A stretch of 64,000 nucleotides of DNA, from NCBI GenBank assembly GCA_963699755.1, contig CAVOVB010000001.1, positions 832,001 to 896,000 on the forward strand, read 5' to 3'. This document shows, piece after piece, positions 1 through 14,779 of the stretch (the stretch's first letter is position 1; every line of letters starts with the position of its first letter). The DNA is from an uncultured delta proteobacterium. GTDB taxonomy: Bacteria; Myxococcota_A; Polyangia; Polyangiales; Houyiibacteriaceae. The notes beneath the pieces were generated by a model. It saw only the letters and a list, made by a program, of their open reading frames with translations, had not been told where the DNA came from and ran no database searches. The translations under genes and the position numbers were made by a program.

Positions 1-955
1 GCAAGAGCTCGAAGTTCACCAGGGAGGTGCAGCCATGACGAATCGAGGTTCCGATGCAGTCGGTTCCCGTATCACCACCACCGATGACGATGACTCGCTT
101 TCCCTTCGCACTGATGTACTTCCCATCCTGGAGCTTGCTGTTCATGAGGCTCTTGGTGTTCTTGAGCAAGAACTCCATGGCGAAGTGGACACCCTTGAGC
201 TTGCGTCCCGGAATCGGCAAGTCGCGTGGCCGGGTGGCGCCGCAGGCAAGCAACAAGGCGTCGTTCTCGCTTCGAATCTTCTGTGCGTCCTTGTTGACGC
301 CGACGTGCGCGTTCGTGACGAATTCGACGCCCTCAGCGCGCATGATCTCGACCCGCCGATCCACGATGCCCTTGTCGAGCTTCATATTGGGTATGCCATA
401 GGTCAGCAGGCCGCCGATCCGGTCATCTCGCTCGTAAACCGTCACACTGTGCCCCGCTCGATTGAGCTGCTGGGCGGCCGTTAGCCCCGCAGGGCCGCTG
501 CCGATGATCGCGACCTTTTTGCCGGTCCGCTCATTAGGCGGCTCGGGCTGAACCCAACCCTCTTCGAAGCCCTTGTCGACGATTGCGCACTCGATGTTCT
601 TGATGGTGACGGCGGGGTTGGTGATGCCGAGGACGCAGGCGCCTTCACAGGGGGCCGGACAAACACGGCCCGTGAACTCCGGGAAGTTATTCGTTTTGTG
701 CAGGCGATCGAGCGCCTCGCGCCAACGTCCGCGGTAGACGAGGTCGTTCCACTCGGGAATCAGATTGTCGATCGGACAGCCGGTGGCCGATTGACAAAAT
801 GGAACGCCGCAATCCATGCAGCGCGCGCCCTGCGTGCGAAGTTGCTCTTCGGGAACGTCGACCGTGAATTCGTCCCAGCCGGAAATTCGTTCCAGCGGGT
901 CCCTGTACGGGACCGTCTCTCGCGCAAACTCTTTGAACCCAGTTGGCTTGCCCAT
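1..955 (-). CDS. gltD: Glutamate synthase small (beta) subunit, 3' end outside the window
   Basis: Not in the ORF track (runs off the edge). Manual minus-strand translation from ATG 955 gives [10 protein letters not shown]...[11 protein letters not shown]...[12 protein letters not shown]...[19 protein letters not shown], the GltD Fe-S motifs. Starts 4 nt after the gltB stop. Confidence 0.95.
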   Translation of the reverse strand, partial: MGKPTGFKEFARETVPYRDPLERISGWDEFTVDVPEEQLRTQGARCMDCGVPFCQSATGCPIDNLIPEWNDLVYRGRWREALDRLHKTNNFPEFTGRVCPAPCEGACVLGITNPAVTIKNIECAIVDKGFEEGWVQPEPPNERTGKKVAIIGSGPAGLTAAQQLNRAGHSVTVYERDDRIGGLLTYGIPNMKLDKGIVDRRVEIMRAEGVEFVTNAHVGVNKDAQKIRSENDALLLACGATRPRDLPIPGRKLKGVHFAMEFLLKNTKSLMNSKLQDGKYISAKGKRVIVIGGGDTGTDCIGTSIRHGCTSLVNFELL

Positions 956-959
956 CGTC

Positions 960-5555
<4,596 letters not shown>

Positions 5556-5557
5556 AT

Positions 5558-6109
5558 TCAGGTCGTTTGTGGGGTTTGTGGGCTTTCCGCAGAGCGGCGT
5601 GGACGTTTGCGCCGTCGCGCATCGGACGCAGGCTCACCCATGGGCAGGGCGATTTCTGCTCGCTCAGTGTGGGTCGAAAGCACCACCATCGTTTCGGTGC
5701 TAGCGACCCCTTCTATGGACCGGATGCGGCTGATGAGCTGCTCCAGATCCTCGGTATTTCGAGTCTTTACCTTGAGAAGCAGGGTGTGGCCACCGGTCAC
5801 GTGGTGACACTCGAGCACCTGCGGCACCGCGTCGACCCACTCCTCAAAGGCCGTTAAGAGCTTCGGGTCGCCGATCGAGACGCCGATGAAGGCTGCGATG
5901 TCGAGGCCGATCTTTCGGGCATCCAGAAACGCGTGATAACCCTTGATGATTCCTGCGTTTTCGAGCTTACGAACCCGCTCCATCACCGAGGGGGCGCTGA
6001 GACCCACCAAGGCGCCGATCTCCTTCAGAGAGCGCTTGCAATCGCTCTGCAGCTCGTCCAAGAGCTGCCGATCGATTTCATCCAGGATGTATCTTTCTCC
6101 TAAATTCAT
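5558..6109 (-). CDS. Lrp/AsnC family transcriptional regulator
   Basis: LDEIDRQLLDELQ...VGLSAPSVMERVRKLENAGIIKGY HTH and ECHHVTG RAM domain; ends 2 nt before the gltB start. Confidence 0.95.
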   Translation of the reverse strand: MNLGERYILDEIDRQLLDELQSDCKRSLKEIGALVGLSAPSVMERVRKLENAGIIKGYHAFLDARKIGLDIAAFIGVSIGDPKLLTAFEEWVDAVPQVLECHHVTGGHTLLLKVKTRNTEDLEQLISRIRSIEGVASTETMVVLSTHTERAEIALPMGEPASDARRRKRPRRSAESPQTPQTT

Positions 6110-6135
6110 TAGGCCAAAACCCCAAGAAGCCTAAT
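6099..6135. promoter_or_regulatory. Inverted repeats over the lrp start (candidate operator or translational hairpin)
   Basis: ATTAGGC (6108-6114) and GCCTAAT (6129-6135) form a perfect 7-bp inverted repeat; a CCTAA/TTAGG pair also lies at 6099-6113, in an AT-rich divergent intergenic region. Confidence 0.35.
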
Positions 6136-6251
6136 AGATAGTGCTTGTTTGTCCAGAGGTCAATCGTTGGGCCGATGGAAAAAATGACCTTGGTAATTCA
6201 ATTGTAGATGTAATACTTTGTTGATAGCGGCACGGATGCATCCATGTCGCG

Positions 6252-7508
6252 GTGATCGAAGGTTTGATGAAGGAATCGACTGCCATCGACGAGGGGTCCC
6301 GGCGTCCTCGGCGCCTAGATGGGCTGTCACGAGAGCTCCAATCGAACGCGCCTTCGAAGATCGGCCGCTATGAGCTCTGCTTTGAGCTGGCCTCGGGCGG
6401 AATGGCGAGCGTTCACCTCGCGCGGGTGGAGGGTAACCCCGGCTTCGAGAAGCTCGTCGCGCTCAAGCGGATCCACCCTCATCTCGCTCAGGAACGAGAA
6501 TACGTCGAGATGTTCCTCGACGAGGCGCGCATCGCTTCGCGGATCACGCACAGCAACGTTTGCAGCGTTTTCGATTTCGGCGAAGTCGACGGCGAGTATT
6601 TCATTGCGATGGAGTACCTCGTGGGCGAGCCGCTGTCCCGTGTTCAGCGCCGTGTCCTTTCGGACGCAGATCAGCGTCGATCGACGCAGCTACCAGCCCG
6701 CATGGCGCGCATCATCGCGCAAGCGTGCGAAGGGCTTCACGCGGCGCACGAGCTCAAGGACGCCGACGGAGAGTCACTGCACGTCGTTCACCGGGACGTC
6801 TCGGCGGACAACCTCTTCGTGACCTATGATGGTGCGACCCAGGTCGTCGACTTCGGCATCGCGCACGCTCGGCAGCGCGCCCACGAGACCGACGCAGGGC
6901 AGCTCAAGGGTACCTTCCCGTACATGGCACCCGAGCAGATGACCGCGGCGGTCGTCGATCGCCGGGTCGACGTGTGGGCATTGGGTGCAGTGCTCTGGGA
7001 GTTGCTCACCCTCCGGAAGCTGTTTCTGCGGGATAGCGACGTGAACACGATGTACGCTGTCCTCTCAGGGGAGATTCGCCCGCCATCGGACTTTCGAAGC
7101 GACGTCTCCGAAGAGCTCGATGACATCGTGCTCAAAGCGCTTCAGCGAAGCCCAGACGAACGTTGGCAAAGTGCCCGGGAGATGGGCAAGGCGCTTCGAC
7201 GTTACCTGGCCAAGCAGGAAGAGTTGGTCGGCCCAGCCGAGATTGCGGACTGGATGGCGGAGCTCTTCCCGAACGGGGAGCTGAGGAAGCGCGAGCTCAT
7301 GGAAATCGCGCGGATCAACAGGACAAACATCGAATCCGATCCGACGGTTCCAGTCGAGCTGGAGAGCACCTCGAATGCCTCGCAAGTCCCGGTCAGCTTC
7401 GTTCAGCGCACGCCACCGGCGCCGCCACTGCCTGCGAGTCTACTGCTGATGCTAATTGGGGTGGTGATGGTCTTGGCCGTCGCCACGTTGGACTGGCTGC
7501 GGCAGTAG
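6252..7508 (+). CDS. Hanks-type Ser/Thr protein kinase with C-terminal TM helix
   Basis: LASGGMASV, VALKRI, HRDVSADN, DFGIA, GTFPYMAPEQ, DVWALG; hydrophobic C-terminus. Start could be ATG 6267. Confidence 0.95.
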   Translation: MIEGLMKESTAIDEGSRRPRRLDGLSRELQSNAPSKIGRYELCFELASGGMASVHLARVEGNPGFEKLVALKRIHPHLAQEREYVEMFLDEARIASRITHSNVCSVFDFGEVDGEYFIAMEYLVGEPLSRVQRRVLSDADQRRSTQLPARMARIIAQACEGLHAAHELKDADGESLHVVHRDVSADNLFVTYDGATQVVDFGIAHARQRAHETDAGQLKGTFPYMAPEQMTAAVVDRRVDVWALGAVLWELLTLRKLFLRDSDVNTMYAVLSGEIRPPSDFRSDVSEELDDIVLKALQRSPDERWQSAREMGKALRRYLAKQEELVGPAEIADWMAELFPNGELRKRELMEIARINRTNIESDPTVPVELESTSNASQVPVSFVQRTPPAPPLPASLLLMLIGVVMVLAVATLDWLRQ

Positions 7509-8234
7509 CGTCATCAAGCTGAACGCAAAGTAGGGCGGGCCTGCCGCATGGATCAGACCTCTGAGGCGGCCACGGCGGTCGAGCACCGGGGCGCCAGAGC
7601 TTCCTTCGCGAATCGGACAAGAGGAAAGCAACCGTATCGAAGGAGCCGGTGCCGAGCGAGCGAGGCGACCGTTGTCGTCGACGATGCAGCGACGGCTTCG
7701 CACCTGGTGAACGTCGTCGTAGAAGCGGTCCGCGGTCACCGAAAGCACCCGGACGACCTCGCCCGGGGGAACCTCTCCTTCTCCGAGAGGGATGGGAGGG
7801 CGTGCAAGGGCGCGACCGAGCTTCAAGACCGCGTAGTCCGGAGAGAGAAGGCTAGCCCCCGGCATCGAGACCGACTCGATCCGCTCACAGCCCACCCATT
7901 CGGGCAGCCGGCCCTCTGAACCGGCAAACCCCAACCAGAGGCCATCGCATGCGCCTCTGCCCGAAAGCTCCCAAGCCACGCAATGCCCGGCGGTGACCGC
8001 GGTGCGCGGGCCGATCAAGGCGGCGGTGCAACGGCTAGGTTCGCTGGGCGCTGAAAGTCCGACCAGTAGGGCGACCGATTCGTGACAGACTTCGCCTGCG
8101 GGACAGGAAACCTGGTATCGCGGCGGCCGGGAATCGATGTAGCCTGCGCTCGGTGAAGAGGTCGCCGCGCACGCCGTCAACGAAAGGAGTGCCGCTACTG
8201 AGACCCCTTGGAACCACCGTGTCCTGCCCCTCAT
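7452..8234 (-). CDS. Trypsin-like (S1) serine protease, probable lipoprotein
   Basis: TAGHC (His), DYA (Asp) and GSSG (Ser) triad; signal peptide ending LTAC. Confidence 0.8.
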   Translation of the reverse strand: MRGRTRWFQGVSVAALLSLTACAATSSPSAGYIDSRPPRYQVSCPAGEVCHESVALLVGLSAPSEPSRCTAALIGPRTAVTAGHCVAWELSGRGACDGLWLGFAGSEGRLPEWVGCERIESVSMPGASLLSPDYAVLKLGRALARPPIPLGEGEVPPGEVVRVLSVTADRFYDDVHQVRSRRCIVDDNGRLARSAPAPSIRLLSSCPIREGSSGAPVLDRRGRLRGLIHAAGPPYFAFSLMTLLPQPVQRGDGQDHHHPN

Positions 8235-8329
8235 CCGATCAAGGTATCAAGCCTGCAGGACGGCGTCACATGCCGCATTTTTCGTGGGTTTCTTGTTCGA
8301 AAAAGGCAAATTCGGTACAAGCGATCGGG

Positions 8330-9619
8330 ATGCTCCGCACGCTCGGGATCGCCATGCTGTACTTGGCCGCGTCGACTTCGTCCCGAGCGAAGGCAGACGC
8401 GCCTATCGTGATCGTGAAGCCGGGCGACGCACTCAGCTCGATTGCGAAACACGCCGGCGTGTCGGTCCAGCAGATCAAGACTTGGAACCGGCTCAACGGC
8501 GACATGATCCGAATTGGCCAGCGGCTCGTCGTCGGTCCCGATACAGCCGAAGTGCCGGATGAAGACGAGATCGATTGGACCCCACCCTTCGACTACCCAG
8601 TTCCAGCCAAAGAGAGCCCATCGCAAGACAGACCGCGAATCGCGGCATGGGATCCGTCCAGCGCCGTCGCCACGCGAATCCCCGACGAAGCGGATGACGC
8701 GACGAAGCCCAAGCCAGGAAGAACCTACCGTGTTCAGAAAGGCGACACGCTCACCGGCATCGCGCTCAGACATGCTACGACGATTGCGGAGCTGCTCGCA
8801 TCGAACCCGGGCCTCAAGGCCGACCAGATCTTCCCGGGCCAGACAATCGATGTCGGCGCACCGAGGCCCGAAGTGTTGTTCAAGCTCGAGCGCGGAGACA
8901 GCTTGCTTGCCGTTGCCGATCGCTACGAGGTCAGCTCACGCGACCTGAGCCGCTGGAACGCGCACCTGAGCCATCGAGACCCGCGCCCCGGCACGGACAT
9001 TCGCATCTACACGAGAGTGCCCGTGAGTCCCTCGGAAGCAGTCGGACCTACCAACCGGGGACGGCTAGAAAGCGGGGTGCGTCTACCACCGCACCGTGGC
9101 TACCTGATCCGTACGCCAGCACGCGCATACGGCACCGAGGAGACGACGCGTTGGATAGTCGAGGCATTCGACGCCGTCCATTCGAAGTTCAAGCACAGCA
9201 AGGTCGTTCGCATCCACGACATCAGTGACCGCGACGGCGGCAGGCTGCGCGACCACAAGAGCCACCAAAACGGACGCGACGTCGACATGAGTTACTACCA
9301 GAACGAGTGCGGCTCCAACGGCTGCGAGTTCGAAGTATTCCGGTCGTCGGAGCTCGACGTCGCCCGGCAATGGACTTTGCTCGAGCACTGGCTCCGCCAC
9401 GGACAGGCGGAAATGATCTTCATCGACTATCGACTGCAAGCCAAGCTCTACCGCTACGCAAAGCGCAAAGGGGTCACCAAGGCGCAGCTCGATCGCTGGA
9501 TTCAATATCCGCGTGGCAAGTACGAGCCGATGGGCGTGATTCGACACTTCCGGAACCACGAAGATCACCTTCACGTCCGCTTCGTCTGCCCGTACTCCGA
9601 TCTCAAATGCCGGCCCTGA
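8330..9619 (+). CDS. LysM-repeat protein with penicillin-insensitive murein endopeptidase (MepA-like) domain
   Basis: Three LysM-like repeats (VKPGDALSSIA, VQKGDTLTGIA, LERGDSLLAVA), then HKSHQNGRDVD and HEDHLHVR Zn motifs. Start placed at the ATG before the signal-like segment. Confidence 0.85.
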   Translation: MLRTLGIAMLYLAASTSSRAKADAPIVIVKPGDALSSIAKHAGVSVQQIKTWNRLNGDMIRIGQRLVVGPDTAEVPDEDEIDWTPPFDYPVPAKESPSQDRPRIAAWDPSSAVATRIPDEADDATKPKPGRTYRVQKGDTLTGIALRHATTIAELLASNPGLKADQIFPGQTIDVGAPRPEVLFKLERGDSLLAVADRYEVSSRDLSRWNAHLSHRDPRPGTDIRIYTRVPVSPSEAVGPTNRGRLESGVRLPPHRGYLIRTPARAYGTEETTRWIVEAFDAVHSKFKHSKVVRIHDISDRDGGRLRDHKSHQNGRDVDMSYYQNECGSNGCEFEVFRSSELDVARQWTLLEHWLRHGQAEMIFIDYRLQAKLYRYAKRKGVTKAQLDRWIQYPRGKYEPMGVIRHFRNHEDHLHVRFVCPYSDLKCRP

Positions 9620-10250
9620 GAGTTGACGCGCCAGACGCCGGCCCAGAAGCCGGGCCGAATAGTGCATCTTCGAGCTTGCGCATCGCTTGAGCCCGTGCGT
9701 TGATTCGCAGCCGCTGCGCGGGCGTCATTTCGCCATAGGTGATCGCGTAGCCGTCAGGCAAGAACATCGGCTCGAAGCCGTGGCCCAGCTCTCCGCGAAT
9801 CGGCCAAACCAAGGTCCCAAACGTCTGGCCACGAAAGGTCCTGGTGCGGCCATCCGGCCAAGCGACGCAGAGGACGCAAACGTAGATGGCTCGGCGACTC
9901 GCCTGCTCGCCGAGCTCTTGAAGCCGCACCTCGACGAGGCGTCGAGCGACATCGAAATCGCGCGCTTCGCCTGCCCAGCGCGCCGTATGAATGCCGGGTT
10001 CACCGCCGAGGGCAGGTACGGCGACACCCGAATCATCGGCGAGGGCCGTCCGGCCCGTGGCGCGCGCAGCCGCCAGCGCTTTGAGCTCGGCATTGGCTTC
10101 GAAGGTTGCGCCGGTCTCCTCGGGCTCGGGAAGGCCAATGTTCTTCGCTGAGACCAGTCGGACCGGGAGGTTCGCAAACAGCGCGTTGAGCTCCCGCACT
10201 TTGCCGGCGTTGTGACTCGCGAGGACCCATTCGTCGAAGGTCTGGGTCAT
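9603..10250 (-). CDS. RdgB/HAM1-family non-canonical purine NTP pyrophosphatase with divergent motifs
   Basis: [38 protein letters not shown]. Confidence 0.88.
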   Translation of the reverse strand: MTQTFDEWVLASHNAGKVRELNALFANLPVRLVSAKNIGLPEPEETGATFEANAELKALAAARATGRTALADDSGVAVPALGGEPGIHTARWAGEARDFDVARRLVEVRLQELGEQASRRAIYVCVLCVAWPDGRTRTFRGQTFGTLVWPIRGELGHGFEPMFLPDGYAITYGEMTPAQRLRINARAQAMRKLEDALFGPASGPASGASTLRAGI

Positions 10251-12652
10251 TGGTTTGCACGTGTGAATGGCAAGGGAGGCGGTGCGCTCTCGGTGAAGCT
10301 CGGATAGGGCTTGCGCCGGTCGAGTTGCTTCTGAAAGACTGCGGGCTTGGGCGTCGGCAGATCGCAGCGGCCGCGTTCGCAGACATAGGCTGTGGTCTTG
10401 CCGCCCAATGCGCGCTTCGCTTCGAGCCAGGGGATGACCACTTCTTGTTGACTTGCTTCGACGTCGGTCAGAACCGTGAAGGCCTTGTTCGGCACGAAGG
10501 CCGCCCGGAGGCGGTCATTGAGCGGGCTTGCTTGTTGCCGGTCGGCCGGGGCGATCAGTGCAATTTCGAGGGGCGTGTCGTAGTAGCGATCGAGGGCCAC
10601 CAGGAGCAAGGGAAAGTCCGCCGGTGAACGAGTCACGTGGAAAGCCAGCGATGCGAACAGGCGCTCGGCACGGCTCCTCCATTTCTCCTCTCCGGTGAAG
10701 TCCTGCAGACGGAGAAGGTTGTTGGCGGAAACGGAGTTCCCGGAGGGAACCGCCTGGTCATAGGCAGGCTTTTCCCGAACCAGCAGGGTTTCGGCTCCGC
10801 TTGCAGTGAGGTAGTAGCCGCCGCTCTGGGTGTCGAGGTAGCGGAGGTCCTGGTCGGTTTGAAGCTCGACTGCACGCTTGATCCACTCCGGGTCGCCGGT
10901 CGCTTCGTAGAGGTCGAGGCAGGCCGCCACCATGAAGGCGTAGTCATCGAGAAACGAAGCACTGCCCTTCTTTCCCTCGCGGTAGCTTCGGACGAGCGCG
11001 CCATCCTTCGCGCGCATCCGTTCCAACACGAAGCGGGCCGCGCGAACGGCGATATCGACGTACTGGGCTTCAGCGAGCACCCAGCCTCCTTGCGCAAAAG
11101 CGGCAATCATCATGCCGTTCCACGCCGCGATGATCTTCTCGTCGCGCATGGGCGGCGGGCGTGAGGCCCGGGCCTCGTAAAGGGCTGCCCGTGCGCGCGC
11201 GAGCGTTTCGGCGACCCGCTCGACGGGAATACGGAGCTCGGAGGCGACCTCTCGATCTGTCTTGTTGCGGTGAAGGATGTTTCGGCCTTCGAAGCTTCCG
11301 GGCTCGGTCACGCCGTAGGCGGCAGAGACGATGGCAGCGCTGTCTCGCCCCAGCAGCTCTTCGAGCTCGCCCGAAGTCCAGGTGAAGAACCAGCCCTCTT
11401 CTTCGTGACCAGCAGGATTCAGGCTGTCCGCATCGGTGGCCGAGTAGAAGCCGCCTTCGAGAGATGTCATCTCGCGAGCGACATAGTCTAGAACCTCCCG
11501 CGCGATGCGCGCGTAGCCTGGATCGCCCGTGTGCTGCCAGGCCTGCAGATAGATGACCGCAAGCTGGGCATTGTCGTAGAGCATCTTCTCGAAATGCGGC
11601 ACGATCCATTGCGCATCGGTCGAGTAACGGTGGAAGCCGCCCCCGACATGGTCGTAGATGCCGCCCGCTGCCATCTTGTCGAGCGTGGTGGACACCATCG
11701 CCGTCGTTCCCTGGTCACGCGTTCGGCGCGCATAGCGTAAGAGGAGCGCCAGCCGCGACGGCTGCGGGAACTTCGGTGCGCCACCGAAGCCTCCGTCAAC
11801 GGGATCAAAGGCCCGGGCGAGGTCCTGCGCAGCCGCCGCGATTACCTTGTCGCTCGGTACGCCGGGCCCGGGCCGAAACGCAGCCGCCCGCTCGACGCGC
11901 TGGCTCAGGTCCTGTGCGCGCGCGACGACTTGGGTTGGCTCGCTCATGTAGACGGCGACCATCTCGGTGAGGATGTCGATCAATCCGGCTCTGTGCCCAC
12001 GCATCCCTCTTCGAGGTGGGAAGTAGGTCCCACCGAAGAACGGCTCCTTGTCGGGAGTCATGATGACGGTCATCGGCCATCCCCCCCGTCCTGTGAGAAT
12101 GTTGACCGCCGTCATGTAGACGCTGTCGATGTCGGGCCGTTCTTCTCGGTCGACCTTGATCGCGACGAAGTGACGATTGAGATAGGCGGCGATCTCCTCG
12201 TCTTCGAACGACTCCCGCTCCATCACATGGCACCAGTGACAGGTCGAATAGCCCACCGATAGGAAGATCGGCTTGTTCTCTCGCTTGGCGCGCGCGAAGG
12301 CCTCGTCAGACCAGGCGTACCAGTTGACCGGGTTGTGCGCGTGCTGGAGCAGATACGGGCTCGACTCCAGGATCAAGCGATTGGTGAAGCGCGGCGAACC
12401 GTCTTCGTTCAGACGGCGAGTCCGCGGCACGTAGCTCGGGCCCCGCGAGGCGAGCGACTGGTCGAGTCGTTGCTGCAGGGCCGCATCGATGGTCGCGACC
12501 CCGGGCAGGTCGGGGTCGCTCTCGGTGCCTGCGCTCGGCTTGGCGCTCGGCCCGGCCCGGCTCTCGGGAACCGGGTCGCAGCCGAAGCCAGGCAACGTTG
12601 CGGCAGCAAGCAGGAACAACGCTCCAAAAGGACTTGGTGAGAATCGGTTCAT
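10247..12652 (-). CDS. YyaL/SSP411-like thioredoxin-domain protein (DUF255 plus alpha/alpha barrel), lipoprotein-like N-terminus
   Basis: [66 protein letters not shown] lipobox-like sequence. Confidence 0.92.
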   Translation of the reverse strand: MNRFSPSPFGALFLLAAATLPGFGCDPVPESRAGPSAKPSAGTESDPDLPGVATIDAALQQRLDQSLASRGPSYVPRTRRLNEDGSPRFTNRLILESSPYLLQHAHNPVNWYAWSDEAFARAKRENKPIFLSVGYSTCHWCHVMERESFEDEEIAAYLNRHFVAIKVDREERPDIDSVYMTAVNILTGRGGWPMTVIMTPDKEPFFGGTYFPPRRGMRGHRAGLIDILTEMVAVYMSEPTQVVARAQDLSQRVERAAAFRPGPGVPSDKVIAAAAQDLARAFDPVDGGFGGAPKFPQPSRLALLLRYARRTRDQGTTAMVSTTLDKMAAGGIYDHVGGGFHRYSTDAQWIVPHFEKMLYDNAQLAVIYLQAWQHTGDPGYARIAREVLDYVAREMTSLEGGFYSATDADSLNPAGHEEEGWFFTWTSGELEELLGRDSAAIVSAAYGVTEPGSFEGRNILHRNKTDREVASELRIPVERVAETLARARAALYEARASRPPPMRDEKIIAAWNGMMIAAFAQGGWVLAEAQYVDIAVRAARFVLERMRAKDGALVRSYREGKKGSASFLDDYAFMVAACLDLYEATGDPEWIKRAVELQTDQDLRYLDTQSGGYYLTASGAETLLVREKPAYDQAVPSGNSVSANNLLRLQDFTGEEKWRSRAERLFASLAFHVTRSPADFPLLLVALDRYYDTPLEIALIAPADRQQASPLNDRLRAAFVPNKAFTVLTDVEASQQEVVIPWLEAKRALGGKTTAYVCERGRCDLPTPKPAVFQKQLDRRKPYPSFTESAPPPLPFTRANQ

Positions 12653-12819
12653 TTTGCCCAAACGCCAATGAGAACGGGAGCTTGCGGAGACCTGCTCGTA
12701 AGGCTAGAGGAAGTGGATCGCAACCGGATGCAAGACCATCGCGTCCGTGATAGACGAGCGGCTCCGTTTTCTGGTCCCCTAGGGCCGGCTCCTACCCGAA
12801 TTCCGAGGATTTGTAATCG

Positions 12820-13782
12820 ATGGCTGAGAACACTCCTTCCATGTCACCTAGAGTATTCGAGCATACCAGTCGTAAAGATTGGGGCCGATCGGTGCTCGTT
12901 CTTGAGATTCCGGACAAGCGCACCTTTCTTTTCGAAGACGGCGCGGAGCGCAGCTTCCGGCCCGATTACTGGCACAAAATGGAGCTCGTCGAGGTTCAGC
13001 CCAACGAGGCCGTGCGCATCGACCGGATCGCGCGTCGCAACCAGGCGCCGGCCCCGGGCTCGAGTCGGAAGTCGAAGGCACCCCCCAAGAAGCCCGATAT
13101 CACGTTCGAGCAGCAGGTCGCCTACTTCATGACCCTTTACCCGGTCGGATTCGAAGATGAGGCGTACATCAAGACGGAGCGGGGAGAGCCGAAGGGCAAG
13201 GGCGCCGAAAAGCTCAAGGACGCTGCGATCGAGCGCGCCGAGGATCTCCTCAGCCAGAAGAACCTGGACGATCTGATCGGAAACGCGAGCTACGAAGAGG
13301 TGCATCAGTTGATCTACGATCTCCTGACGGGCACGAAGAGCACGGTCCAGAAGGCCGAAGCGACTCGCTTCAAGAATCTGCCTGAAGACAGTCGTGAGAC
13401 GGTCGCGATGGCCCTTCAAGAGCTGCTCTACGGCGATCGCAGCTATGCGCTTCGCTTCGACTCCTTCGTCGCGGCACTAGACGTCGAGGACGGCGCGACC
13501 TGGCCACTGTCGACCTTGCTCCCCGCGCTCGTCTATCCAGCCGACCATCTGTTCGTAAAGCCGACCTTCATGAAGAAGCAAGCGCTGATCCTGGACATCG
13601 ACCCCAAATACGACACCACGCCGAACTCAGTGACCTACATGCAGTTCCTCGAGGCCGCCCACAAGACGATGGAGCTGCTGCAACAAGCCGGACAGCGACC
13701 GCGCGACCTCTGGGACGTGCACGTCTTCGTGTGCAAGACGCTGAGCCCAAAGGCGATCAAAGAGGCCACCGGCGCCGCCTAG
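12820..13782 (+). CDS. Hypothetical protein with a possible DUF3553-like N-terminal beta domain and a helical C-terminal domain
   Basis: 320-aa ORF with natural composition filling the gap; N-terminal H-x4-DWG motif. Confidence 0.75.
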   Translation: MAENTPSMSPRVFEHTSRKDWGRSVLVLEIPDKRTFLFEDGAERSFRPDYWHKMELVEVQPNEAVRIDRIARRNQAPAPGSSRKSKAPPKKPDITFEQQVAYFMTLYPVGFEDEAYIKTERGEPKGKGAEKLKDAAIERAEDLLSQKNLDDLIGNASYEEVHQLIYDLLTGTKSTVQKAEATRFKNLPEDSRETVAMALQELLYGDRSYALRFDSFVAALDVEDGATWPLSTLLPALVYPADHLFVKPTFMKKQALILDIDPKYDTTPNSVTYMQFLEAAHKTMELLQQAGQRPRDLWDVHVFVCKTLSPKAIKEATGAA

Positions 13783-13795
13783 ATCGAGCCACGGG

Positions 13796-14779
13796 ATGAA
13801 GGCGCTGGTCCGAGCGGAATCGTGGCCGATTCGAGGTGGATTTCGAATCTCGCGTGGAGCTCGGGCTGCGGCTGAGGTGCTGGTTCTCGAGCTCGCGGAC
13901 GGCGGACAGGTGGGTCGCGGCGAGTGCGTGCCCTATGCGCGGTACGGGGAGTCGATCGACTCGGTCTCGGCCGAAATCGAAACAGCTTGCAGGAGCTTGC
14001 AACGTGCGCGCGCGCGCGAACAACTAGGCACCATGCAGGCGGGTGCTGCGCGAAACGCGATCGACTGTGCACTGTGGGACCTGGAGGCCAAGCAGACCGG
14101 GACGGCAGTCTGGAAGCTTGCGGGCCTCGGCTCGCCGCCCCGGGCGGTTCACAGCATGCGCACGGTCAGCGTCGACAGCGCCGAGAGGATGAAGAAGGCC
14201 GCCGCCGAGCTCGCTTGGGCGCGCGTGATCAAGGTGAAAGTGGACGGCGGCCCCGACATGGATCGTATCTCGGCTGTGCACGAAGGGGCGCCCGACGCTT
14301 CGCTGGTGATCGATGCCAACGAAGCCTGGTCGGCGGAGCAACTCCAGGCCTGGCTCCCGTTATGCCCGAACCTGGGTGTGGTCCTGCTCGAACAGCCGCT
14401 CCCGGCGGACAACGACTCGGCACTGGATGGGCTCCCACACAGCGTGCCGATTTGTGCCGACGAGTCGTTTCACGATCGGCGTTCGTTTTCCCGCATCCGG
14501 GGTCGCTACGAGATGGTCAACATCAAGCTAGACAAGACGGGCGGGCTCAGCGAAGCGCTCTACTGCGTCGGGGAAGCACAGCGCCTGGGCTTGCAGCTCA
14601 TGGTTGGATGCATGGTCAGCACTTCCCTGGCCATCGAGCCAGCTCTGCTTCTGGTCTCGGAAGCCAAGTACGTCGACTTGGACGGCCCCTTGCTCTTGGA
14701 GCGCGATCGAGAGGGTGCCCTTCACGACAAGGACACTAGCCTGCTGCGACCATCAGGCTCGATTTGGGGCACCCCGTAG
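13796..14779 (+). CDS. Dipeptide epimerase / N-acetyl-D-Glu racemase (enolase superfamily, AEE/DgcA-like)
   Basis: FRISRG, GECVPYARYGES, KVK, DANE, EQP, ADES, NIKLDKTGG, GCM, DLDG. Confidence 0.9.
   Translation: MKALVRAESWPIRGGFRISRGARAAAEVLVLELADGGQVGRGECVPYARYGESIDSVSAEIETACRSLQRARAREQLGTMQAGAARNAIDCALWDLEAKQTGTAVWKLAGLGSPPRAVHSMRTVSVDSAERMKKAAAELAWARVIKVKVDGGPDMDRISAVHEGAPDASLVIDANEAWSAEQLQAWLPLCPNLGVVLLEQPLPADNDSALDGLPHSVPICADESFHDRRSFSRIRGRYEMVNIKLDKTGGLSEALYCVGEAQRLGLQLMVGCMVSTSLAIEPALLLVSEAKYVDLDGPLLLERDREGALHDKDTSLLRPSGSIWGTP

Noticed and set aside
7452..7508. 57-bp convergent overlap of the kinase and protease genes as a sign of frameshift
   Set aside because: Both proteins have complete domains, and short tail-to-tail overlaps recur in this compact genome (9603-9619, 14753-14779).
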